A DNA stretch of 39,858 nucleotides from Eubacteriales bacterium (GTDB taxonomy: Bacteria; Bacillota; Clostridia; Oscillospirales; CAG-272). The notes under the pieces were generated by a model, which saw only the letters and a program-made list of their open reading frames with translations, ran no database searches and was not told the origin of the DNA. The stretch spans positions 1 to 39,858 of the forward strand of contig JAZSGD010000192.1 in assembly GCA_045532555.1 (NCBI GenBank), given 5' to 3'. Shown here piece by piece: positions 1 through 9,770 of this stretch. The position numbers and the translations under genes were made by a program. Position 1 is the first letter of the stretch; each line of letters opens with the position of its first letter.

Positions 1-1
1 T

Positions 2-1300
2 ATAGCTATTGGTATCGTTTTCATAGCAAATGATCTGAGCTTGCTTTTGCTGTTGTTGCTTATTCCCGTGCCGCTTGTAATGTTTGGCTTCAGCTTCTTC
101 TTTAAAAAGATAAACGCGCTTTTCCATAAGTGCTGGGGAGCGGGAGCCAAAACTAACTCGGTTTTACACGATATTTTTTCGGGTATTCGAGTTGTAAAAT
201 CATTTGGAATGGAGCACAGAGAGACCGAAAGATTTGAAAAATCGGCGGCAAAAGAAAGAGATCTGCAGATAAAGTCGGATACGTTGTGGTATACGATTAT
301 GCCGTTTATGCAGTTCTTTATGTGCTTTGGCGAATTCATAATGCTGTTTTACGTCGGTAATGCGATCTTGGACGGCGATATGACGATCGGCGATATGTCG
401 AAATTTTCGATATATGCAAGTATGATATACGGACCTTTGCGTATGTTTTCACATATGCCCAGACAGATCATCAATTTCCTGACCTCCACTAACAAGGTTT
501 TTGAGATAATAGATGAGCAGGTGGACGTTGACGATGCAGACGACGCTAAGGAGATACAGATCATGGGTAATATCGATATTAATCACGTGTCGTTTGGATA
601 CGATAGCGGTGCGGAGGTGCTGACAAATATTGACCTACATATTAAGCCGGGTGAATTTATTGGATTGGTCGGAAAATCGGGTGTTGGAAAATCAACTCTT
701 ATCAATCTGATAATGCGAATGTACGACGTTGAGGACGGAAGCATTTGTATTGACGGTGTTGATATAAGGGATATCTCGCAGTCTTCCTTGCGCTCGCAGA
801 TGGGTGTTGTGCTTCAGGAAACGTTTTTGTTTTCGGGAACGATTTATCAGAACATCGCTTACGCAAAGCCCAATGCTACGAGAGAAGAGATAATCGCCGT
901 TTCAAAGCTTGCGGGTTGTCACAACTTCATTATAAAGCTTCCCGATGGATACGATACGAAGGTTGGTGAGCGAGGTCACAGTCTTTCGGGTGGAGAGCGA
1001 CAGAGAATCGCTATTGCTCGTGCGCTGCTTCACGATCCGAGGATACTTATTCTAGATGAGGCAACAGCGTCACTTGACACCGAAACCGAAAAGCAGATTC
1101 AGGATGCGCTTCAGCACCTGTCGGCAAATAGAACGACTATTGCTATCGCGCACAGACTTTCTACTTTGCGTAACGCAACTCGTCTTGTTGTACTTGATAA
1201 GGGCAGAATTGCCGAGGTGGGAACACACGATGAGCTGATGGAGAAAAAGGGCATCTATTATGGGCTTGTTATGGCGCAAAGAGAGATGTCAAAAATGTAA
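2..1300 (+). CDS. ABC exporter, fused permease/ATP-binding protein (MsbA/MdlB-like), 5'-truncated by the window edge
   Basis: The frame is open back to position 2. The N-terminal part is hydrophobic. It is followed by Walker A GKSGVGKST, ABC signature LSGGERQR, Walker B ILILDEA and H-loop AIAHRL. Confidence 0.9.
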   Translation: MAIGIVFIANDLSLLLLLLLIPVPLVMFGFSFFFKKINALFHKCWGAGAKTNSVLHDIFSGIRVVKSFGMEHRETERFEKSAAKERDLQIKSDTLWYTIMPFMQFFMCFGEFIMLFYVGNAILDGDMTIGDMSKFSIYASMIYGPLRMFSHMPRQIINFLTSTNKVFEIIDEQVDVDDADDAKEIQIMGNIDINHVSFGYDSGAEVLTNIDLHIKPGEFIGLVGKSGVGKSTLINLIMRMYDVEDGSICIDGVDIRDISQSSLRSQMGVVLQETFLFSGTIYQNIAYAKPNATREEIIAVSKLAGCHNFIIKLPDGYDTKVGERGHSLSGGERQRIAIARALLHDPRILILDEATASLDTETEKQIQDALQHLSANRTTIAIAHRLSTLRNATRLVVLDKGRIAEVGTHDELMEKKGIYYGLVMAQREMSKM

Positions 1301-2019
1301 TGGGGCAGACTATGAAATACTACGAGCGTTATGATGACCGTTACAAAAAAATGTACGGAGAGGGAATTGACCGTTGGGGCAATACGTCTGATGATGACAC
1401 GTTGCTCGCGATACTTGAAAAATGGGTTGAGGACAATGATCTTCGTGGCAAAAGGGTAATAGATTTTGCCTGCGGAGAGGGGGCTTGCGGAGAGATCCTC
1501 TCAAAGCTTGGATGTATCTACCATGGGGTTGATCTTTCTCCAGCTGCTCTTGAAAAAGCAAGAGAAAGCTTAAATGATTACGCACAAGCAAGAGTGAGCC
1601 TTTTGAATATGGTGGAAGAGACCACAGGCGAGATTTACGACGCTGCGCTTGACTGCATGGGGCTGCACATGCTCATTACTGATTACGATAGAAGCAAGTA
1701 TCTTCGCAACGCATTTGATTCCTTGGTTGGAGGAGCGCCGATGCTGTTCATCAAGGAAATGTATGGGGAAGACTCGTATCGCGGAGCTGTTGAATCATTT
1801 GACGATTGGAAGAAGATCAAAAACGAGAGCTTTGAAGATCCTAAGCTCTGTTGTGAGGTAAACGGAAAGGAGATCCGATATCCGATTTTGCCTGCAAGGG
1901 GCAGGACTCGCGCCGATTACTATGCGGAAATGGAAACGGTTGGTTTCAAGGTTGAGGATTTTATAGGTCTATCCATAAATAATGCTTGCTCGGCGTGTAT
2001 TTACGTAAGAAAGCCTTAA
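1300..2019 (+). CDS. class I SAM-dependent methyltransferase (substrate unknown)
   Basis: Motif I-like VIDFACGEGACG sits about 55 aa from the N-terminus. The ATG overlaps the ABC gene stop (TAATG), which suggests co-translation. Confidence 0.7.
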   Translation: MGQTMKYYERYDDRYKKMYGEGIDRWGNTSDDDTLLAILEKWVEDNDLRGKRVIDFACGEGACGEILSKLGCIYHGVDLSPAALEKARESLNDYAQARVSLLNMVEETTGEIYDAALDCMGLHMLITDYDRSKYLRNAFDSLVGGAPMLFIKEMYGEDSYRGAVESFDDWKKIKNESFEDPKLCCEVNGKEIRYPILPARGRTRADYYAEMETVGFKVEDFIGLSINNACSACIYVRKP

Positions 2020-2053
2020 AATCAGCTTATCCACTCAATAAAAATACAAACTG

Positions 2054-2082
2054 TCATAAAACAAAAAAACCTCCCATATAAT
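2054..2082 (+). promoter_or_regulatory. sigma-E-type (mother-cell) promoter candidate for spoIVA
   Basis: TCATAAA, a 14-nt spacer, then CATATAAT. The B. subtilis sigma-E consensus as I recall it is kmATATT-14-CATACAnT. The element lies 44 nt upstream of the ATG. Confidence 0.5.
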
Positions 2083-2125
2083 TTAGCGATAACAAATATC
2101 GTCTGAATTTGTGGGAGGATTTTTT

Positions 2126-3604
2126 ATGGCAGAGCATTCTATTTATAAGGATATTGCGGAGAGAACGGGCGGTGATATTTATATCGGTGTCGTAGGACCC
2201 GTAAGAACAGGTAAATCTACCTTTATCAAGCGGTTTATGGAGGCGCTGGTGCTTCCGAATATCACCGAGGGCTATTCCAGAGAGAGAGCAAGAGACGAGA
2301 TGCCTCAATCAGCGGCTGGCAAAACGGTTATGACCACCGAGCCAAAATTTATTCCCGACGAGGCGGTGCAGATAAGCGTTGACGGATGCTCGAATCTCAA
2401 GGTCAAAATGGTGGATTGCGTTGGCTACATTGTGCCCGAGGCGCTTGGCACTATTGAGGACGGTCAGCCGAGAATGGTACGCACACCTTGGAGAGAGGAG
2501 CCTATGCCTTTCGTTGAGGCGGCTGAAATGGGTACACACAAGGTTATAAGTGAGCATTCGACAATCGGTATGCTGATCACTACCGACGGCTCTATCGGGG
2601 ATATTTCGCGCCCAAGCTACGTGGAGGCGGAGGAGAGAATAGTTGGAGAGTTGAAGGCACTCGGCAAGCCGTTTGCAATGATACTCAACTCCGCGCATCC
2701 CGAAAGTGATGCGGCTATTTCTCTGGCGTATGAGCTTGAAGCAAAATATGACGTTCCCGTAGCGCTTGTGTCCTGCATTGATCTTGATGCGGAGGATATA
2801 CGACATATACTCGAGCTTGTTTTGCACGAATTTCCCGTGACCGAGATCAAGGTTTCACTGCCCGAATGGACGGAGGCGCTTGAGGACAGTCACAAAATCA
2901 AGTTGTCTATTTTGTCGTGTATCAAGAGTTGCGCAGATAAGGTCAACAAGGCGGGGGATATCAAGGGCGCGTTTGAAGCTCTTTCCGAGAATGAATATAT
3001 CAAGAGCGCGACGGTTGACGAGATCGATCTTGGAACGGGAAGGGCTCAAATAACAACGACAATGAACGACGGGCTTTATTATGAGGTTATAAGCGAGCTG
3101 ACGGGCTTTGAGATCGGCGGCGAGGAGGAGCTTATTTCGTTGCTCAAGGATCTTGCCGAAATGAAGGTGAGGTACGACAAGGTCAAGGAGGCGCTTGACG
3201 AGGCAGAGGAAAACGGCTACGGAATCGTTATGCCTGACGTGAGTGAGCTTCATCTTGCAGACCCCGAGATAGTCAAGCAGCCCGGTGGATACGGCGTGAA
3301 GCTTCGCGCATCGGCGCAGTCTATACACATGATCAGAGCTAATATTGAGACCGAGATCAATCCTATTGTGGGAACGGAGCAGCAATCCGAGGATCTTGTA
3401 AAATATCTGCTTAATGAGTTTGAGGAGGATCCTCAGAAGATCTGGGCATCCAATATGTTTGGCAAGAGCCTTTACGAGCTTATGAATGAGGGCTTACACT
3501 CCAAGCTTGAGCATATGCCCGAGGCATCGCGTGTCAAGCTTTCCGAGACTCTTGAGAGAATTATCAACGAGGGAAGCGGTGGATTAATCTGCATAATTCT
3601 TTGA
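2126..3604 (+). CDS. spoIVA: stage IV sporulation protein A (spore coat basement-layer ATPase)
   Basis: The N-terminus IYIGVVGPVRTGKSTFIKRFM (Walker A) and the ~492-aa length are typical of SpoIVA. GGGAGG RBS lies 8 nt upstream of ATG 2126. The GTG at 2111 in the ORF track is probably not the start. Confidence 0.93.
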   Translation: MAEHSIYKDIAERTGGDIYIGVVGPVRTGKSTFIKRFMEALVLPNITEGYSRERARDEMPQSAAGKTVMTTEPKFIPDEAVQISVDGCSNLKVKMVDCVGYIVPEALGTIEDGQPRMVRTPWREEPMPFVEAAEMGTHKVISEHSTIGMLITTDGSIGDISRPSYVEAEERIVGELKALGKPFAMILNSAHPESDAAISLAYELEAKYDVPVALVSCIDLDAEDIRHILELVLHEFPVTEIKVSLPEWTEALEDSHKIKLSILSCIKSCADKVNKAGDIKGAFEALSENEYIKSATVDEIDLGTGRAQITTTMNDGLYYEVISELTGFEIGGEEELISLLKDLAEMKVRYDKVKEALDEAEENGYGIVMPDVSELHLADPEIVKQPGGYGVKLRASAQSIHMIRANIETEINPIVGTEQQSEDLVKYLLNEFEEDPQKIWASNMFGKSLYELMNEGLHSKLEHMPEASRVKLSETLERIINEGSGGLICIIL

Positions 3605-3637
3605 TGTCGTACGAAGTGTTTGTGTCATATAAAAACA

Positions 3638-3664
3638 GAGCCGAGCGCAAAATGCGCTCGGCTC
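3638..3664. terminator. bidirectional intrinsic terminator between spoIVA and the lipoprotein gene
   Basis: 12-bp perfect stem GAGCCGAGCGCA/TGCGCTCGGCTC with a 3-nt loop. T-rich tracts flank it on both strands. Confidence 0.8.
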
Positions 3665-3687
3665 AACTGTTTTGTTCTCCCTTTGTA

Positions 3688-5502
3688 TCATTTTCCACCT
3701 TTATCAACACGCCGCCATGTTTTCAGGTCCAGGGAAGAGTATTCAAAGTATTCGTAGCGTTGATTTTCGTATGAATCCCCGGTCAATACTCTTATGCATA
3801 GATAATATTCATCTTCGCATACAAAGTCATATACCTCTGCTCCGCTCAGAGAATTATCATAGGGAAGCTCTATTTTATCCCAATTTAGACCTCCGTCTGT
3901 AGTAATATACGTTCGATTTGTAATATCATCATCGGCCCAGAAGCCTCCCGAAATGAGTCCGACGCTATCGTTAAGCATTTTGGCACATAAAACACGCTCT
4001 TTCCAGTGGAATTGAGGAGGAGTATTTACCGATATGGATTGCCAGGTCTTTCCTCCGTCTTCGGTTTTTAACAATATGTCTAACTGAGTGTCAAACGTAT
4101 CTGCAACTCCACCAAATGAGAAGAAATATCCTTTTTGCGGACTTGAAAAATGATAGCCGGTATAAACGTCTTCGGCGTAAAAATTATGATCGCTGAGTTC
4201 AGGAAACGATGCTATGACGGAATTTATTACCTCCTCCTTTGTTTTAGTGGATTCAGTTGCGTTATCATCTCCGTAATAAGTTACTTCGACGCGATAATTT
4301 GCATAAACATAATATTCGCGATCAAAATACAGTATTTTGTAATATTCTAGCTCCTCGCCATTCCATTCGACTTTAATAGGCTCTGTATCGAGCAATCTTG
4401 CGGTATCACTTGTTGCGGAACGCAAATAAGCCCATTCTGATAAAAGGCAGGAGAGCTGCACCGGACAATCGGGAGCCGGCTCATAGAAAACCGGTATGGA
4501 ATCGTATAAAACTTTAATGATAGGAAGTCTTTCAAAGCAGACGACTTTTATGGCACGCTTCCTTTGATTTTCGGCATAACATTCAAAAGAAATTGATTTG
4601 CCGTCGGAGGCAAAGTATACAGAGCTTGGATATTTGTATTCGGGATATTGCTTGTAAAAAACAGATTTATCAAATATATTCTGAACCGTTAACACTCCGT
4701 TGTTGTCGGCATATACCACTTTATCGTCCGAAAAAGCTAAAGCGTCGTAAAACACATTTGAAAATTTGTTTTCTGAAATACTGTAAACGGTCTTGCGATA
4801 AGAGTATCCGTCTGTATAATCGGAAGAAGGGATACTTATTATTAAAAAATCGTTTTTGGTACCAATTTTTATTCTTGCATTGGTTTGCTCGATTTTGACA
4901 AGGCGTCCTTCTTTATCGTATATCTCGTATTCGTATTTTATATCCTTATCGTCGCTTCGATAGGTATCGTATGCAAATATTTTATAATGATCTCCATTCC
5001 ATTCAGTAAGAGAATTCGGCCAATCGTTAAGCTCATCTTTGCTTGGAATAACGTTCTTTAGAAAGACCGGCTTGCCGTCTTTCATACCGAAGGCGGCCAC
5101 AGGAGCATCTGGAAGGTTATATTTCGAATGATTTTTCCAGATTATCAACTCGTTGATACCGTCGGAATTTATATCGTCGCGGTATGAGTAAGATAGGGGT
5201 TGTCCGATGATGCTGCGAAGAGCGTCGTATATCTCCTGTTCTCTTGCATCTAATTCGAACCCTGAACTCTCGAAGGACTCTATGCCTCCGTATTTTTCGA
5301 GCTTTATGATCGCATATCGAATGTCATCGTAGGAGGAGAAAAGAGGTACATCCCAGGATGGGGGAGAGAATTGACTTTCTTCTTGGAAAGAGGCTTCTTG
5401 GCTATCACTTGTATCGGCGATTTCGTTCTCGCTTAAAAGATCGCAGGCGACAAAAGAGAAGAGGATACAAGCGGTTAAAATGGATGCGGCAAGACGTTTC
5501 AT
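3688..5502 (-). CDS. lipoprotein of unknown function with C-terminal Asp-box (BNR-like) motifs
   Basis: Signal peptide MKRLAASILTACILFSFVAC has a lipobox (FVAC). Two Asp-box-like motifs are present (EDGGKTWQ, TDGGLNWD). There is also a DINSDGINE calcium-loop-like motif. Confidence 0.6.
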   Translation of the reverse strand: MKRLAASILTACILFSFVACDLLSENEIADTSDSQEASFQEESQFSPPSWDVPLFSSYDDIRYAIIKLEKYGGIESFESSGFELDAREQEIYDALRSIIGQPLSYSYRDDINSDGINELIIWKNHSKYNLPDAPVAAFGMKDGKPVFLKNVIPSKDELNDWPNSLTEWNGDHYKIFAYDTYRSDDKDIKYEYEIYDKEGRLVKIEQTNARIKIGTKNDFLIISIPSSDYTDGYSYRKTVYSISENKFSNVFYDALAFSDDKVVYADNNGVLTVQNIFDKSVFYKQYPEYKYPSSVYFASDGKSISFECYAENQRKRAIKVVCFERLPIIKVLYDSIPVFYEPAPDCPVQLSCLLSEWAYLRSATSDTARLLDTEPIKVEWNGEELEYYKILYFDREYYVYANYRVEVTYYGDDNATESTKTKEEVINSVIASFPELSDHNFYAEDVYTGYHFSSPQKGYFFSFGGVADTFDTQLDILLKTEDGGKTWQSISVNTPPQFHWKERVLCAKMLNDSVGLISGGFWADDDITNRTYITTDGGLNWDKIELPYDNSLSGAEVYDFVCEDEYYLCIRVLTGDSYENQRYEYFEYSSLDLKTWRRVDKGGK

Positions 5503-5570
5503 AATGTTTTCTCCTTTTTTGTTATATATTATCTGTTTTTCGAAGGTACGTTTTACTAAAGGTGAAAATA

Positions 5571-5593
5571 GGGCGACAGTTTTTCTGTCGCCC
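5571..5593 (-). terminator. intrinsic terminator after murA
   Basis: 9-bp stem GGGCGACAG/CTGTCGCCC with a 5-nt loop, followed by TATTTT on the minus strand. Confidence 0.7.
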
Positions 5594-5628
5594 TCGTTTA
5601 ATTAAAATGAAGCTTATGTAGCTTTATA

Positions 5629-6924
5629 TCAACGTGTTGCAGTATATCTTTGCTCGTCCGCAGCGCGCACTTTTTTTTGGATATCGGCGCCAAGCTCACG
5701 AAGCTTTCCTACAATATTATAATACCCGCGCTCGATCTTGTCGATGCCTTCAATTACAGAAGTGTCTTTAGTTGCGAGAGCAGCGATTACCATAGCCGCG
5801 CCTGCGCGTAGATCGTGACAGATGAGAGGTGCGCCCGAGAGAGTAGCGCCGCCGCGAATTACTGCATGGTTGGAGTCAACCTTAATGTCTGCGCCCATCT
5901 TCGACAGCTCATCCATAAACTGGAATCTGCTGTTGAATATGTTTTCTACGATGTCAGAGGTTCCTTCTGCGAAGCAGAGCATAGCAGAGAACTGAGGCTG
6001 CATATCGGTAGCGAATCCGGGATAAGGCTGGGTGTTGATGCTGATGCCCTTGAGCTTGCCGGTGCTTTCAACGGTGATGTGGTCGTCTCCCACGATAACG
6101 GTTGCGCCTGCTTCGTCAAGCTTTGCGGAGATTGCTTCCATGTGCTTGGGAATGATGTTTCTTACGGTAACCTTACCGCCTGTTGCGGCAACTGCTGCCA
6201 TATATGTTCCTGCTTCGATCATGTCGGGGATGATAGAGTAACGGCAGCCGTGGAGCTTTTCAACGCCCTTGACCTTGATCACGGAAGTACCTGCGCCGGT
6301 GATGTTCGCACCGCACGCGTTGAGGAATACTGCGAGGTCTACGATATGGGGCTCGCGAGCGGCGTTGTCGATAACGGTCATACCGTCAGCGAGAACGGAT
6401 GCGAGAATAGCGTTAGCTGTTGCACCTACGGAAACCTTGTCGAAGTAAATGGTGTTGCCGACTGCACGACCGTTTTCGCACTCAACCTCGAGTCTGCCGT
6501 TCTTGTGGTAGCAGTGAGCACCGAGAGCCTCGAATGCCTTCATGTGAAGGTCGAGGGGACGGGTGCCGATGCTGCATCCGCCGGGGTGGGGAACACTGGA
6601 TCTTGCAAAGCGACCGAACTCTGCGCCGAGCAGATAGGACGATCCGCGGATCTTGGATGCAAGCTCGTTAGAGGAGGTGCAGGGAACAAGGTTCTTGCAG
6701 TTGATCTCTACCGAGTTTTTGGTGAGTCTGTTTACGTTTGCACCCATGGATGCCAGAAGGTCGAGAAGAGTCTCGATATCACTGACGGGGGGGATATTAT
6801 CGATGATGCAGGTCTCCTCGTTGAGAATGCATGCGCAAATAACGGGAAGTGCTGCGTTTTTCATGCCATTGATAGAAATGCTGCCGTAAAGGGGATGTCC
6901 GCCGTTAATGATGATCTGCTCCAT
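5629..6924 (-). CDS. murA: UDP-N-acetylglucosamine 1-carboxyvinyltransferase
   Basis: Full-length 431-aa MurA-like sequence. N-terminus INGGHPLYGSISINGMKNAALPV. Active-site loop GGCSIGTRPLDLH retains the catalytic Cys. Confidence 0.93.
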   Translation of the reverse strand: MEQIIINGGHPLYGSISINGMKNAALPVICACILNEETCIIDNIPPVSDIETLLDLLASMGANVNRLTKNSVEINCKNLVPCTSSNELASKIRGSSYLLGAEFGRFARSSVPHPGGCSIGTRPLDLHMKAFEALGAHCYHKNGRLEVECENGRAVGNTIYFDKVSVGATANAILASVLADGMTVIDNAAREPHIVDLAVFLNACGANITGAGTSVIKVKGVEKLHGCRYSIIPDMIEAGTYMAAVAATGGKVTVRNIIPKHMEAISAKLDEAGATVIVGDDHITVESTGKLKGISINTQPYPGFATDMQPQFSAMLCFAEGTSDIVENIFNSRFQFMDELSKMGADIKVDSNHAVIRGGATLSGAPLICHDLRAGAAMVIAALATKDTSVIEGIDKIERGYYNIVGKLRELGADIQKKVRAADEQRYTATR

Positions 6925-7043
6925 GATTGTCCTCCGTGTATTCCGCTTGGGTATTGCGGTTTATTTATGCTTTGACGGTATGCGGGTGCTTGTGTTGCAT
7001 ACGGTCGAAAGAAGTGTTTTTTTGTTTATTGGGTGATGTATTT

Positions 7044-7072
7044 ATTATATCACTTTCTTGCATAAAAGTAAA
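7044..7072 (-). promoter_or_regulatory. sigma-A promoter candidate for murA
   Basis: On the minus strand: TTTACT, a 17-nt spacer whose last 3 nt are TGA, then TATAAT. This gives an extended -10 of TGATATAAT. Confidence 0.45.
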
Positions 7073-7367
7073 TATAATATTCGCATATTTAATATTTTGT
7101 TTACAAATATAATTTACATAAATTACCAATAAATACGCTGAATTGAAGGTCGGATTTTATGACGTACTGACGGGCACTTTTGTTCTAAATTGTATCTGAA
7201 ACGAAGCAAATCTTGATAAAAAGTTAATAAAAGTGATAAAAATGAACAAAAAAAGAATAAATAACAAAAACAAGACACAAATAATGTCATATATACAATT
7301 ATTCAATTATTACGACATAAAAATGAATAAAAATTAGAAATCAGCGCATATTGAAATAAACAAAAAG

Positions 7368-7401
7368 ATCACCCTACAGACAGTTTATTCTGTAAGGTGA
7401 T
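7368..7401 (-). terminator. intrinsic terminator after the rluA-like/DUF3810 operon
   Basis: 13-bp stem with one mismatch and an 8-nt loop, followed by CTTTTTG on the minus strand. Confidence 0.7.
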
Positions 7402-7430
7402 ATTTTGATATTATTAACTTGAAAATTGTA

Positions 7431-8642
7431 TTATTCGATATAATTTTGACTCTTAAGATATGCAACCGTTAAGTCTACGACCATCCCGTAGCTCTTTTTA
7501 CCGACTGTGCCTTGAGTCTTCAGATAGGTGTCGTTAACTACTCCTGAAACTTGACTTGCCACCGAATTATCATATTTTTCGAAAAATATATTATATGCTT
7601 TTTGTTCGTGATAGGTGTATTCGTTTAGCTCGTTGTATATCTGTTTGAATTTTTTGTTATCAGCTCTATAAAGCGCTGACGTCACGTATTCAAAAACGTT
7701 TAAATATGCGCTATATTGGATATATGGATCGTTAGATTCAATGCAAACGAGGAATGCGATCATATTGGCTTCGTCCTCGCGCGCAAATCCTCTTTGATGA
7801 GCCATTTCATGAGCTGCGGTATAAGGTATCGTATAGTCGGGAAAGTTAACGTTAATGTTGGTCTCTCCCGTGAAGAAGGAGTATATACCCGTTATGTGTG
7901 CATAGGACATCGCTTCGCTGAGAAATACGGGCTTGAGACGACTGTTGAAGGTGTTTATAAAATCGTGATCTTTACAATAGCTATCGTATGCTTCAAGCAG
8001 CTTTTCGTTCATTTCCTTGAAGCTGTACGGCATTACGGAAAAATCGTCCTCTCCGTAACCAATTTCTGAGGATAATTCATTTATTTTATTGACAAGATAT
8101 TCCGACGTTTTGTATAGATCGTCGGCTCCGACGGCTTGAGACTCTATATTGAGTTTTTTATCCAAGGAAGTTCCTTTATATCCTGCGGCAAAGCAGAGGA
8201 CAAAGCTTGATAAAAACAGCGATAATATTGAGAATATACAAACGATCGATACCATTGATGACCGTTTGGTATCGCAACGGAACTTTAAAAGATACCATAT
8301 TGATATAAATGCTAAGACGGGAAGCGATATAACGATAAGCTCTGCTAAGGAAAAAGGCAAAAGGTTCGTTATTTTTGCAAACAAAAATCTAAATATGGTG
8401 CTGACGTGAGTGTTGAAAAAGTCGGCGAACCGTTCGCTTGCACAAATAATAGCATAGATAACGGCACACAAGGCACCTATGATCAACGATATTTTGCAAA
8501 ACAAAGGGATCTTTTCATATTTTGCTTTGACGGGCGACCACATAGCTCTTTCGCTATCGCTCATTTCTGAGTATTTCTTGGCGGATACGCTGTATATGAT
8601 CTCGTCTTTTGGGGGCTGGGGATTCTTTTTTTTGAGTTGCAT
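7431..8642 (-). CDS. DUF3810-like membrane-anchored zinc metalloprotease-fold protein
   Basis: N-terminal TM helices are followed by AAHEMAHQRGF (HExxH). The size and layout match what I recall for DUF3810. Confidence 0.65.
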   Translation of the reverse strand: MQLKKKNPQPPKDEIIYSVSAKKYSEMSDSERAMWSPVKAKYEKIPLFCKISLIIGALCAVIYAIICASERFADFFNTHVSTIFRFLFAKITNLLPFSLAELIVISLPVLAFISIWYLLKFRCDTKRSSMVSIVCIFSILSLFLSSFVLCFAAGYKGTSLDKKLNIESQAVGADDLYKTSEYLVNKINELSSEIGYGEDDFSVMPYSFKEMNEKLLEAYDSYCKDHDFINTFNSRLKPVFLSEAMSYAHITGIYSFFTGETNINVNFPDYTIPYTAAHEMAHQRGFAREDEANMIAFLVCIESNDPYIQYSAYLNVFEYVTSALYRADNKKFKQIYNELNEYTYHEQKAYNIFFEKYDNSVASQVSGVVNDTYLKTQGTVGKKSYGMVVDLTVAYLKSQNYIE

Positions 8643-8657
8643 ATGTTCTCCTTGGAG

Positions 8658-9608
8658 TTATTTGTTGAACTTGGAGAGATATATTGATTCGAGGTCTTGT
8701 CCGCAGATAGATCTTGTTGCTTTTATCATATCTTCGGGCGGAGGGGCGGTGAAAGAGATCTGATCTGTGCTATATGGCATAGGGATCGAAAGAAATGCTG
8801 CATGTAATGCGTGACGGGATATATGTTCACTTGGTGACCCGTATATATCATCTCCCAATATCGAGTGTCCGATATGGGCAAAATGCACGCGCAGCTGGTG
8901 GGTACGTCCCGTTTCGGGAATCGCCTCGACGATACTTATTTCGTCACAAGAAAATAACAGTCGCCAATGAGTCACGGCGAGATATGCTCCTTCTTCTTCG
9001 GAACTACCGACACAACGCAATATAACGCTTTCTTCCTCGCGCTTCATATATGTGCTGATAGTATGAAATTTTCCGTCACTTTCTATTTTTCCGCAAAGGA
9101 TCGCTATGTATTTTTTGTGTATCAGCCCTTTTTGTCTTGCATAGAAAAGATAGGATGCCGAGATCGAGTGCCGTGCTATCAAGGAAAGTCCGCTTGTGTT
9201 ACGGTCGAGACGACCGATCGGTCTGAATTTTGCGGGAGTGTTTCTTTCCTTGTTTATATATGCCACGGCGTTGGCTAGGGTATCGTCGGTGTGCCCGTGG
9301 GAGGGATGCGTGGGCATATTGGGCGGTTTGTCGACGATCATTATATCGTCATTCTCATAGATCACATTTATTGGGAGGTCTACTGGCAAGATTGCCTCGT
9401 TGCAGTCTTCTTCCGAATCCTTTTCGTCAACAAAAAGCAGATCGTTTTCGCGCAAGATATAGCGAACGGTCACGTGTTTGCCGTTTGCTAAGATCCCACG
9501 CTCGTCTCGCTTCAGTCTGGCGAGTGCCGATCTTGATATTTTCAGTGTCGATTTCAGAAAAGACAGGACCGTGCGACCGTCCTGCTCTGAGGTTATGGTA
9601 AATATCAT
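8658..9608 (-). CDS. RluA-family 23S rRNA/tRNA pseudouridine synthase (RluD-like, with S4 domain)
   Basis: Catalytic motif GRLDRNTSGL and the HQLRVH motif are present. The N-terminus is S4-like. A 15-bp gap to the downstream DUF3810-like gene suggests an operon. Confidence 0.9.
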   Translation of the reverse strand: MIFTITSEQDGRTVLSFLKSTLKISRSALARLKRDERGILANGKHVTVRYILRENDLLFVDEKDSEEDCNEAILPVDLPINVIYENDDIMIVDKPPNMPTHPSHGHTDDTLANAVAYINKERNTPAKFRPIGRLDRNTSGLSLIARHSISASYLFYARQKGLIHKKYIAILCGKIESDGKFHTISTYMKREEESVILRCVGSSEEEGAYLAVTHWRLLFSCDEISIVEAIPETGRTHQLRVHFAHIGHSILGDDIYGSPSEHISRHALHAAFLSIPMPYSTDQISFTAPPPEDMIKATRSICGQDLESIYLSKFNK

Positions 9609-9770
9609 ACAGATGTCCTTATTTGTTAATATAATGTATTATAACACTATTTAATTAGCAATATAAGAAGATTTTGTGAAGGCAATAAAAATTCTTTGCT
9701 CGGTAATATATCAGTATTTCCCAAAATATAATTAGAGTGACAGTTATGACAAATGTTGGGAGGAGAGGTT

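Noticed and set aside
2309-3385. ORFs of 172 and 176 aa on the minus strand within spoIVA. Similar antisense ORFs occur at 11499..12089, 15307..15840, 26872..27324, 29957..30487, 32382..32783, 36051..36608 and 38245..38946.
   Set aside because: All are nested antisense to confidently identified genes. They lack an RBS and have atypical composition.
5815-6975. A 386-aa ORF on the plus strand, the second-longest unassigned ORF in the track.
   Set aside because: It lies entirely antisense to murA, whose identity is unambiguous. Its sequence is a Cys/Gly/Val-rich mirror-frame artefact with no RBS.
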